A stretch of DNA of 48,861 nucleotides, the filler included, from Catajapyx aquilonaris (lineage: Eukaryota): the NCBI GenBank assembly GCA_000934665.2. It is 2 parts of 2 records of this genome, joined end to end, with 100 filler letters (N's around TTAATTAATTAA, not from the genome) between each part and the next. Parts side by side here need not be neighbours in the genome. Positions count along the whole stretch, not along the records: positions 1 to 24,383 come from JYFJ02005525.1; 1 more part is not named here. One strand, 5' to 3'. The notes beneath the pieces are model-generated. The model was not told the DNA's origin, ran no database searches, and was given only the letters and a program-made list of their open reading frames with translations. The position numbers and the translations under genes were made by a program. Positions 12,271-22,829 of the stretch are shown piece by piece; within the stretch, counting starts at the first letter, position 1, and every line of letters starts with the position of its first letter.

Positions 12271-14409
12271 ATGTTCGGGTTGCAAGTGCTGGTCGTTTGC
12301 TCCGTGGCCATGGCCATGTTTGGTAGCCACACATCATCATCATCATCGGGTGTTGGGAGGAACGCGTCTGGTGTGATGGGAGAGCAGGAGAAGAGGAAGG
12401 GTGGGGAGGAAGGAGAGTGGTGGGCAGTGTCCAGACTGGTGAGGGGCGTCCTGGACACGAGGGAGGACATGCGGGGATGCGGCCTGGTCCTGTCCACTGA
12501 TCTCGTCGGGTCATCGGGCGTCTGGGAGGGACTGTGGAGGCCTCTTCTCAAAGGTCACTCGGACAAGTACCTCCCGTCCTTCTCCCTCCGGACGACCTCC
12601 TTCCCACACTCCTTCACAGACTACCCCTGGCTCAAGGGTCAAGCTGACCTCTTGGACTTCACCACCGTCCCTCCTGACCTCCTCGTCACCTCCGCCTGGT
12701 CATCCTCCGTCTGCACCCTCCACCTCCTCCTCCCCTCCTCCCCGGCCTCCCTCCCACAACTGGTCATATCCACCGCCTTCAAGGTCAAGGTCAGTCCACT
12801 CGACGACCCTTTCCTCATCCACTTGTCTCGGAGGTCACCAGGGTCACTTGTGAAGGAGGGAGAGGTCCATCGAGTGCTGACCTCGCCCCCTGCCAGTGCC
12901 CTCAGGCTGAAGGTGGCCAGTCGGATGGAGGAAGGTGGACAGTTGAAGATGGAGACTGTCTGCTTCTTCTGCGCAGAATGGGGTCAACCTAAGGTCATCG
13001 ATCTCGGCCGGGTGAGCCAGACGGAATATCCGACAGTTGGCAGACTCTTCAGAAACTACGACACAAACAAGATGAACAAGAAGTCAGTTGTGATTGGAAT
13101 GTACTATGGGTCTGCTGATATGGAGGTTGTCCGAAGGAAAAAAGAAGAATTGGGAGAAGTTTTCCTCAGGATTTATGAACGAATTTACCTTTTGGTGGAG
13201 AAAAGTCTTAACTGTGTCATTTTGGAGATTTTTATGAAGGATCTGACTAGTGCCGACTTTGACCACAGGCTGGGCAATGGTACTTGGGAGGGACTGACGG
13301 GGGATCTTTTGTCAGGAAGGATTGATGGCGTAGGCCTCACAATTTACACGCAGGACACCTATCAACACACTCTCCTCACTCATCCTTTTCTTTACATACA
13401 CGCGACATTCCTCACAAGGAGACCCGGAGGAGTGGTCAGCTGGAGGGTGATCTACAGGCCCTACGTCCTCCCCTTCTGGGTGTCCTTGGGGGTCACCCTG
13501 GCCCTCCTCCCCATCGCGATGGGCAGACTCTCCCGCTGCGACCCATCTCGAGTCAGGTCAGAGGTCGAAGGGCAGCGACTGACCCTGCTGGGATCCCTCC
13601 ACGTCCTGGCCAGACACCTGATAGACCAGCCTGTTCCCTTCCCCACATCCCGCCGCTTTCTCTTCCTGGCCTTCTCCTTCCTCTTCTTCTCCACCGTGGT
13701 CATCACTGGCTACAAGGCCAAGATGGTCTCCTTCCTTACCTTTCCCACGAGGGAGTTTGTCCCGAGGAACTTCAGGGAAGCGGTGGAATCGGATTGGACA
13801 GGAGAAGCTGACATGATCAGTTTTCTTCTCTGGAAGAAATACCTTTCTTTTGTCGACGATCCTTTCTACCACTCACTAGATGCGAAACTGTCCATGGGTG
13901 AGAGTATATGGAGTTTCCTGCAGAGGATACAAAATCAGCAGCTGGCCTGCGCTGGTATCAATCTGATCTTGGATCAGAAGATTTACCTCCTTCGAGACAC
14001 TTCTGGGCAGCCAACATTCCGTTACTCCGATGACCACATACTTCCTAGTTACAGTGGGGCGAGTTTCCCCCGTGGTCAAACCATGGAATATCACATCGGA
14101 TCTAAATTCGTCAGATTTACAAATGAAAATGACCTGTTTTCAGTGTTCTTGCGTGACCTCATGTACCTTATGTTCCTCCGTTCCTTGGATGGAATCCGGG
14201 CCAGGGAGAGGGACAACCCCCAAAAGGCAGAGGAAGTGTTGACCAGGACAAAGCTCTCTGCCGTCTTCAACATGTGGTTGGTGGGACTGGGTGTTGCTCT
14301 GGGTGCATTGGCATTTGAAATCTCGAGTCGAAAGTGCAGCCAAAAGAGAAATGAAGGGAAGTGTAAAAACCAGAAGAGACACTTAGGAGCTTGCCAGCAA
14401 TTATTGTGA
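12271..14409 (+). CDS. Divergent, intronless ionotropic receptor (variant iGluR, chemosensory IR family), 712 aa
   Basis: Signal-like N-terminus; S1 motif NGTWEGLTGDLLSGRID; pre-M1/M1 WRVIYRPYVLPFWVSLGVTL; FFSTVVITGYKAKMVSFLTFP (SYTANLAAF-equivalent); last TM LSAVFNMWLVGLGVALGALAFE. Confidence 0.88.
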   Translation: MFGLQVLVVCSVAMAMFGSHTSSSSSGVGRNASGVMGEQEKRKGGEEGEWWAVSRLVRGVLDTREDMRGCGLVLSTDLVGSSGVWEGLWRPLLKGHSDKYLPSFSLRTTSFPHSFTDYPWLKGQADLLDFTTVPPDLLVTSAWSSSVCTLHLLLPSSPASLPQLVISTAFKVKVSPLDDPFLIHLSRRSPGSLVKEGEVHRVLTSPPASALRLKVASRMEEGGQLKMETVCFFCAEWGQPKVIDLGRVSQTEYPTVGRLFRNYDTNKMNKKSVVIGMYYGSADMEVVRRKKEELGEVFLRIYERIYLLVEKSLNCVILEIFMKDLTSADFDHRLGNGTWEGLTGDLLSGRIDGVGLTIYTQDTYQHTLLTHPFLYIHATFLTRRPGGVVSWRVIYRPYVLPFWVSLGVTLALLPIAMGRLSRCDPSRVRSEVEGQRLTLLGSLHVLARHLIDQPVPFPTSRRFLFLAFSFLFFSTVVITGYKAKMVSFLTFPTREFVPRNFREAVESDWTGEADMISFLLWKKYLSFVDDPFYHSLDAKLSMGESIWSFLQRIQNQQLACAGINLILDQKIYLLRDTSGQPTFRYSDDHILPSYSGASFPRGQTMEYHIGSKFVRFTNENDLFSVFLRDLMYLMFLRSLDGIRARERDNPQKAEEVLTRTKLSAVFNMWLVGLGVALGALAFEISSRKCSQKRNEGKCKNQKRHLGACQQLL

Positions 14410-14458
14410 AACATCTTGGAGAAATACCTTCAGTTTATTTCATACAACATGAATGAAG

Positions 14459-16013
14459 CTACTTGTTGGTGTCAATTCCGCTGTACTGACGAAAAAGTTT
14501 GACCACATCGTCGTACAGCAAGGGTACGACGTTTCTGGCCACGGCGAAGTCAGCGTGGGTGAAGAGAGGCCACTTGACCTGGAATGACCCAACCAGGCTG
14601 GGAATCTGATCCGCTGTAATCTTCACGTCCTAGGAAACAAGAAATTGTCTATTTAAAAATGGATAGAATCCAGGTAAAGATGAGATTGACCTTTGGGTGT
14701 GCCAACCAATCGTTGAGAGACCAAAACATGGCCACAGGAGCTCTGATGTTCCCCAGGTTGTAAAGAGGCGGTGATGACGAGTTGTACCGGCGGAGGTTCT
14801 CCTCAGGTCCGAAGTCGTACCGTCGAAACAAACCGCTTTCCTTCCACTGTAGAAATTGCAACCCAGTGCGAAAGGAATAACCAGACGGAACATACAGCAG
14901 AATTTCCTCCATTTTCTCCTGGTGAAGGAGTGACACAAAATTAGGTTGCAATAGAGTGGCACCAATAAGATGTACTTGCCCTGTCAACTTCGTCCATGTC
15001 GAAACCAAGACCCAAGCCAGCCACAGTTACGCAAAGTACGGAAGTATAGCGGTTCATCGTGCAGAGTGACTGCACTACAGTGTACAACTCTGGATGCGGG
15101 TAACCCATGTTCAATATTCCTAAGCTCCTCAACAGATTCTGGAGAGAAAAATAATACAGATCAGGTCAATGACTTAATGCAACCTTATGAACATGAGGAC
15201 TCACCGCCAGTTGATTCATAAGCGAAAACGGTGGCAATAGCTGGACCACAGGACCATTGGCGTGGACCAAACCAGTGGCAGTTCCCATCGTGATGCCAAG
15301 GAAGACCTTTGAGTTGTATTCAGGTCTTCCAGCCAATGCCTCCAACAGCAGGTGACCTCCCAAGGAGTGTCCAATGTAGCCCACCTTCTGCTGACCAGTC
15401 CTGTCCAGTATGTAGTCTACCACAGCTGGCAGGTCAATGGTGGACATCTCATCCTGACCGTACTGCCAAAATTCGGGTTGTTTCGGGCTCATCTTAACAT
15501 GTCTTTTGGAGTGAAGACTCCCTCTTTGACTGATCAGCCAGGCGTCGAATCCAACATCAGGCAGGATGTACCCTTTCAAATTACGACAAAAAAAATTATT
15601 GACGTTTCGCCTTGTGTTTTGGTTGGACTCTGTTAATATTTACCTAAACCTCTTGAAGGTGGGCCTACCAGGAAGCTCATTGCTGAAGCTGACAATCCGT
15701 GGCCTATGATGACTGGTGGTCTCCTCTTGACACTGCTGGTGTTGTTTGATGCACCTTGTGGTATGCGGTGGAGCGACAGGATGTACCCATCGGGTGTTGT
15801 CACTTTGTGGTCTTCGCATGGGTATCCTTTGGCTCGGACATACCCGCACTTGTTGAAGTAAACAGCAAATCACATGTAACTGTTCCAAACAGGGTCACTT
15901 ACTGTACTCACAATATAATTGCCTTCATATATGGGAGAATTAAACAGTCTGAAGGCGTCCGTCCCAATAAGAATGAGCATCGCAGAAATTAGGACCGACT
16001 TCAGGACGTCCAT
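14459..16013 (-). CDS. Acid lipase copy 6
   Basis: Starts MDVLKSVLISAMLILIG at 16013. Motifs GHSLGG, NDWLA, FTHADF; TAG at 14461-14459. Confidence 0.9.
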
Positions 16014-16485
16014 GGCTATAATTGATGCTAAATCACGATTGATAATGCACATTCGCGCTGGCAGATTTGCTCATGTGTGAATCGTACCATTCGTACGCGT
16101 TCGTACGACTATAAATAAATATACTTTAAGATGTCCGCTTCGTTCCCCTTGATAAGTTTTCTTCTCATCACTCTTGCGCAATACTATTCAAGGGTAGATT
16201 TTAACAATGTTAGGTAATTTTGTGCAGATTAGCAGCATAAGAAGATGTCAAGGTCGCATCATCACATATTGGGAACAACAGAATCGTCGACTTGCGATAT
16301 GTTACGAATTAAAAGGATTCTGTACACCTATTAATGTGCAAGCCTCGTTTTAATAATAATAAGGTTTGTAATATAATTCAATAACGTTTTCACAATGGCC
16401 TTCAACACAAGTGTTCGCAATGAATCTTTACAGTTACACGAATCATTATGAAACACCTTGCACAACAAGTTTATTTCAAATGAAG

Positions 16486-18024
16486 CTACTTGGTGGAATC
16501 AATGTCGCTGTACTGACGCAAAATCTTGACCACATCGTCGTATACCAAAGGGACGATATTTTTTGCACCGGCGAAGTCACCGTGAGAGAAAAGAGGCCAC
16601 TTGACCTGGAATGACCCAGCCAGGTTAGGAATCTGATCCGCAGCAATCTTCAAGTCCTAGGAAACAAAAAAATATTATAAAAGGAATACAATTCAGACAC
16701 TAGAAGAGACTGACCTTTGGATGTGCCAACCAGTCGTTGAGCCCCCAAAACATGGCCACAGGAGCTGTTATGTTCCCCAGGTTGTAAAGAGGCGGTGATG
16801 ACGAGTTGTACCGGCGGAGGTTCTCCTCAGGTCCGAAGTCGTACTTGCGAAACAAACCGCTTTCCTTCCACTGTGTGTAGTGCAGCCCAGTGCGAAACGA
16901 AAACCCAGATGGAACATACAACATACGTTCTTGTAATTTCTCCTGAAGGAATTGACAGACAATCAGGTTACAATATTTGGCACCAACACTGACAGTACTT
17001 GCCGGGTCCACTTCGTCCATGTCGAAACCAAGAGCCAAACCAACCATGGTCAAGCAAATGACTCTGGTGTAACGGTTCATCAAACATAATGACTGCACCA
17101 TTGTATGCAACTGAGGAAACGGGAAACCTACGTTCAGTATGCCTAGGCTGGTAAGAAATTCCTGAAAAATCAAGGTGTTATGTGTACACATGACATTTAA
17201 ACTTGGTGCGGTTAAAAATACAAACCGCGAAAGAATTCGCAAGCGCAAATGGTGGCATAAGTTGCATTCCAGGAGCATTGGCGTGGTCGAAGGTGGTGGC
17301 CGATCCAAAAGTGATGCCCAGAAAGACCTTTGGGTTTATGTCAGCCGCCCTTCCAGACAAAGCTTCCAATATTAGGGTGCCGCCCAAAGACTGACCAATG
17401 CAGCCAACCTTCTGCTGACCAGTCTTGTCCAGTACGTAGTGGATGACCGCTGGTATGTCAATACTGGACATCTCATCCTGACCATACTGCCAAAATTCAG
17501 GTTGTTGTGCAGTCATCTTAACATGTCTTTTGGAGTGAAGAGTCCCTCTTTGACTATACAACCATACGTCGAATCCATAATCGGGCAGGATGTAACCTTT
17601 TCAAAAATATTACAATATATTATCGATGCTTGACTCTTGATGTCATATTTACCTAAACCTCGTGAAGGTGGGCCAATCAGGAAGGTCATTACTGATGCTC
17701 CCAATCCATGAGTTAAGATGACTGGTGGTCTCCTCGTGTTGTTGGAGGGTGATGCGCCGTGTGGTATGCGATGGAGTGACAGGATGTACCCATCGGGTGT
17801 TGTCACTTTGTGGTCTTCGCATGGGTATCCTTTGGCTCGGACATACCCGCACTTGTTGAAGTAAACAGCAATGAATCACATGTAAGCATTCCAGCAACCA
17901 GTCACTTATTAAATGTAATACTCACAATGTCATGGCCTTCATAAATGGGAAAATTAAACAGCCTTAAAGCCTCCGTCCCAAGTATGAGCGTCGCAGCAAT
18001 TACGACCGACTTCAGGACGTCCAT
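16486..18024 (-). CDS. Acid lipase copy 7
   Basis: Starts MDVLKSVVIAATLILG at 18024. Motifs GQSLGG, NDWLA, FSHGDF; TAG at 16488-16486. Confidence 0.88.
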
Positions 18025-18324
18025 ATGCGGCTAATTGCAGCTGAAACAAGACTAAACAATGTTGCAGGAAGTACACATAGGTACATCGATAAATTATTGA
18101 GAAATCGGCTTCCATTGCATCAATCTTCTTCTCACGAGTCTTGCGCAATACAATTCAAGGTTAGATCTTAACAATGTTAGGTAAATTGTGCATATCAGAT
18201 GGACGGAACGTAATGATTTCTTTGCGCACCAAAGTCGTAGAAAAAAAAATGTCAAGGTCATATCATCACATATTGGGAACAACACCTTGAAGAGAAATGC
18301 AGTTTATTTGGTACACCCGTGAAG

Positions 18325-19879
18325 CTATTTGGTGGTGTCAATTCCGCTGTACTGTCGCAAAAGCTTGACCACATCATTATAAACCAAGGAGACTATGTTT
18401 CTGGAAATGGTGAAGTCACCGTGAGAGAAAAGAGGCCACTTGACCTGGAATGACCCAGCCAGGTTGGGAAGCAGACCCGCTGTAATATTCACGTCCTATA
18501 GGAAGCAATAATAGAATGAAACGAAAATAATTCTTTTCATCCAAACACAAGAAGAGACTGACCTTTGGATGTGCTAACCAATCGTTGAGCCCCCAAAACA
18601 TGGCCACAGGAGCTGTGATGTTCCCCCGGTTGTAAAGAGGCGGTGATGACGAGTTGTACCGGCGGAGGTTCTCCTCAGGTCCGAAGTCGTACCGTCGAAA
18701 CAAACCGCTCTCCTTCCACTGTATGTATTGTAATAAAGTGCGAAACGAAATAGCAGATGGAAGGTACGGCATAACTTCGATTGATTTCTCCTGGTGAAAG
18801 AGTGAGAGTGACAGAGAGGGGAAAAAAGCTAAAATATTCAATATTGCACACGTATGTACTTGCCAGGTCCCTTTCGTCCTGGTCAAAACCAATAAACAAA
18901 TCCATGAAAGTATTGCAAAGTACGTCGGTGTAGCGGTTCATTGTGCAGGCAGACTGCGCCATATCATACATCGCAGGATACGGGTATCCAATGTTCATTA
19001 TTCCTAAGCTCGTCAACAACTCCTGAATAATGACAGTACATACTCATCAAAGACTAATTAACACCGATCTGAACATTTTTAGTATTGCACTCACAGTCAG
19101 GGGTTTCATAACCGAAAACGGTGGCATCAGCTGGACAGCAGGTCCATTGGAGTAGGCGAAGTTGGTGGCCGATGCAAAAGTGATGCCCAAAAATACCTTC
19201 GAGTTGTACTCGGGTCTTCCGGACAATGTTTCCAACAGTAGAGTGCCTCCCATCGAGTGTCCAATGTAGCCCAATTTCTGCTGACCTGTCTGGTCCAGTA
19301 TGTAGTCTATTACCTCTGGAAGGTCAAACGTGGACATCTCATCCTGGCTATATTCCCAAAATTCAGGTTGCTGTGCAGTCATCTTCACGTGTCTTCTGGA
19401 GTGAGGAGTTCCTCTTTGGCTAAACAGCCAGAGGTCAAACCCAGCATCAGGCAGGATGTGACCTTTAAAATGACCAAAAACATTTAAATCATCATCGCTG
19501 ATGCTACACGCTACTTACCTAATGATTTTGAAGGTGATCCAACTAGGAAGGCCATTACTGATGATAGCATTGCGTGTGTTAAGATGACTGGTGGTCTCCT
19601 ATTGACACTGGTGTTGTTTGATGCACCATATGGTATGCGATGGAGTGACAGGATGTACCCATCGGGTGTTGTCACTTTGTGGTCTTCGCATGGGTATCCT
19701 TTTCGTCGTACATACCCGCACTTGTTGAAGCAAACAAGAAATCACATAACAAGACTTCCACTTGTAACTGTAATACTCACAAGGTCATGGCCTTCATACA
19801 CTGGAAAATTAAACAGTCGGATGGAATCCGTCCCAAGTATGACCGTCGCAGAAATTATGACCGACTTCATGATATCCAT
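18325..19879 (-). CDS. Acid lipase copy 8
   Basis: Starts MDIMKSVIISATVILG at 19879. Motifs GHSMGG, NDWLA, FSHGDF; TAG at 18327-18325. Confidence 0.9.
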
Positions 19880-20267
19880 GGCTAATTGCAGCGAAAACAA
19901 GACGGGTAATGCACAATTTGGCAGGGGGCTGTGTGGCTCGCAAAGTGTATAAACAATACATCGATACAAAAAAATATGTCGTTCCACTGCATTCTACTCA
20001 CGAGTCTTCAAGGGCACTACCTTAATGGGATCTGGGTGTAATTTTTAAAAATACATGCTACCGCCCGCATGATAAACAAATCGACAAGGTCGTCTCTTGC
20101 AGGATCAAAATAATAAACTTCCCTGAACGATTTTCGTTTCATTTTTTTAAAAAAATCTGATTGCATTTTTAAAAAAATTTGATGCTACAGTAGTGTTCGT
20201 AGAATCGTTGTGAAACACCTTGTATATGAATACATCAGTTTATTTGGTATACAATATATGATTGAAG

Positions 20268-21808
20268 CTATTTTGCGGAGTCCATTCCGCTGTATTGTCG
20301 CAAAAGCTTGACGACATCGTTGTACACCAATGGTACGACGTTTTTGGCCATGACGAAGTCCGAGTGAGAGAAAAGAGGCCACTTGACCTGGAATGACCCA
20401 ACAAGGTTGGGAAGCTGATCCGATGTAATCTTCACGTCCTATAGGAAGCAATAAATAGGGAATAAAATGCTTGTCATCCAAACACAAGAAGAGACTGACC
20501 TTCGGATGTGCCAACCAATCGTTGAGCCCCCAAAACATGGCCACAGGAGCTGTTACGTTCCCCAGGTTGTAAAGAGGCGGTGATGCAGAGTTGTACCGGC
20601 GGAGGTTCTCCTCAGGTCCGAAGTCGTACTTGCGAAACAAACCGCTCTCTATCCATTGCACGTATTGCAAGCCAGTGCGAAACGAAACAGCAGACGGAAT
20701 GTACGGCAGAACTTCAACTTTTTTCTCCTGGTTGTGGCATAAAATTTGGTTATAGAAGTTTTTGCAAATCGGAAATGTTTCTATAGCTTACCAGATCGAA
20801 TTCATCCTGGTCAAATCCAAGAACCAAACCTGCCACAGTATTGCAAACGACGAAAGTATAGCGGTTAAACATGCAAAATGACTTCACCACATCATTCATC
20901 GCAGGAAAAGGATATCCTATGTTCATTATTCCTACGAGTGTCAACAGATCCTGGAAAATCATCAGATTTATTCAAGTGACCTTTGCAAAAGAGGAACTTT
21001 TGAGAATCATTTTCATACGAACCGTCAGAGGTTTCATAACCGAAAAAGGCGGTATAAGTTGGACCAAAGGACCATTGGCGTGGACAGGACATTCTGACGA
21101 TCCCATGGTGATGCCAAGGAACATCTTCGAGTTGTACTCGGGTCTTCCGGACAATGTTTGCAACAGTAAGATGCCTCCCAAAGAGTGTCCAATGTAGCCC
21201 ACCTTCTGCTGACCAGTCTTGTCCAGTGTGTAGTCCATCACAGCTGGTATGTCCACATTGGACATCTCGTCCTGACCGTACTGCCAAAATTCGGGTTGCT
21301 GTGCGGTCATCTTCACGTGTCTGGTGGAGTGAGGTGTTCCTCTAAGACTGAACAGCCAGAGGTCGAATCCAGCATCTGGCAGGACGTAACCTTTTCACAT
21401 ACAAATAGAAGTTTGGCTGAATCCTTTGTGATGCTGTTACATGACACTTACCTAAAGCATTTGAAGGTGGGCCAATCAGGAAGACCATTGCTGAACTTGA
21501 CATTCCGTGTGTTACGATGACTGGTGGTCTTCTGGTGTTGTTGGAGGGTGATGCACCGTGTGGTATGCGATGGAGTGACAGGATGTACCCATCCGGTGTT
21601 GTCACTTTGTGGTGTTCACATGGGTATCCTTTGGCTCGGACATACCCGCACTTGATGAAGTAAACAGCAATGAATCACATGTAATCACTTCTTAGGATGT
21701 AATACTCACAATGTCATTGCCTTCATGGACTGGAAAATTAAACAATCTCATAGCGTCCGTCCCAAGTATGAGCTTGGTCGCAATTAGGACATACTTCAGT
21801 ACGTCCAT
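20268..21808 (-). CDS. Acid lipase copy 9
   Basis: Starts MDVLKYVLIA at 21808. Motifs GHSLGG, NDWLA, FSHSDF; TAG at 20270-20268. Confidence 0.9.
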
Positions 21809-21966
21809 GGCTAATTGCAGCTAAAACAAGACTGATAATGAACAAACCTTTCAGGAAAAGATTTGCGCATATGTGCAGCATCGCATTACGAGATAAATAA
21901 TATGAATATGTCCGCTTCGTTCCACTGCATCAATCTTCTTCTCACGAGTCTTGAGGCAATTACATT

Positions 21967-22635
21967 AATTATCACAAAAAACAATTCCTATGGAATTGTA
22001 AAAAAAGGAAAGTAAGATCCAAGTGACGGATAGAAATTACTGAAACAAGACTGGGCTGCGTAAGATCTTCACCATATGGGTAAATGTAACCCGGAGATCT
22101 TACTTCCGCATTTAACGTTTTACAAGATGGTGTTGATCAAGTCATCTTTGTGCTGGGTGTTAGCTGGGTGCTGGTGTTAGTATTAGTGATTGTAGGGCTG
22201 AGAATAGTATTCCCAAGGGTTTATAGGCTGGTTTTTTGAATGATGATTGGTTAAATACTTATGACTTGCTAACAGTAAGTGATTACTTGTCTGGTTGGTT
22301 GGAGATTGGTTGTTCGGAAGGTTGATTTTTCTTGGTTGTTCCATTGATTAAATGAGGTCCTGGTTGGTTGATTGATTTATTGGTTAATCGATTAGTTGGG
22401 GGGCTAGGATGTTAATTGGTTAACAGAATGGTTTATTAGACTCTGGATCTTTTAGACAATTTCTAACCTGACATCTTGTAAAACGTTAAATGCGGAAGTA
22501 AGATCTCTGGGTTACATTTACCCATATGGTGAAGATCTTACGCAGCCCAGTCTTGTTTCAGTAATTTCTATCCGTCACTTAGATCTTACTTTCCTTTTTT
22601 TTACAATTCCATAGGAATTGTTTTTTGTGATAATT
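21967..22635. mobile_element. Foldback/MITE with about 163-bp near-perfect terminal inverted repeats
   Basis: 21967-22129 is the reverse complement of 22472-22635, with few mismatches; G/T-skewed spacer. Confidence 0.8.
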
Positions 22636-22829
22636 GCAGTTATTTTTTGACAAAGCAATATGAACAAGTAGTTATACTCATTAATGTATTCATGTTTAGA
22701 AGAGATGCAAATTGCATTCGTTGTGTATGATTTTAAAAAATTTATAATGTTTTGAAAATGGGAATAAATAATTTGCTTACGTATCACATATTTTATTTGG
22801 AAACTAAGAAGGATGGGTTGTCTCAGCCT

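Noticed and set aside
498..21520. Many short plus-strand ORFs repeated across the array (e.g. MSNVAHLLLT..., SCTGGGSPQVRSRTCET...)
   Set aside because: They are antisense shadows of lipase exons and recur only because the lipases are duplicated.
458..21808. CRISPR-like or prokaryotic repeat system suggested by recurring identical 40-mers
   Set aside because: The repeats are conserved coding segments of intron-containing paralogues spaced kilobases apart.
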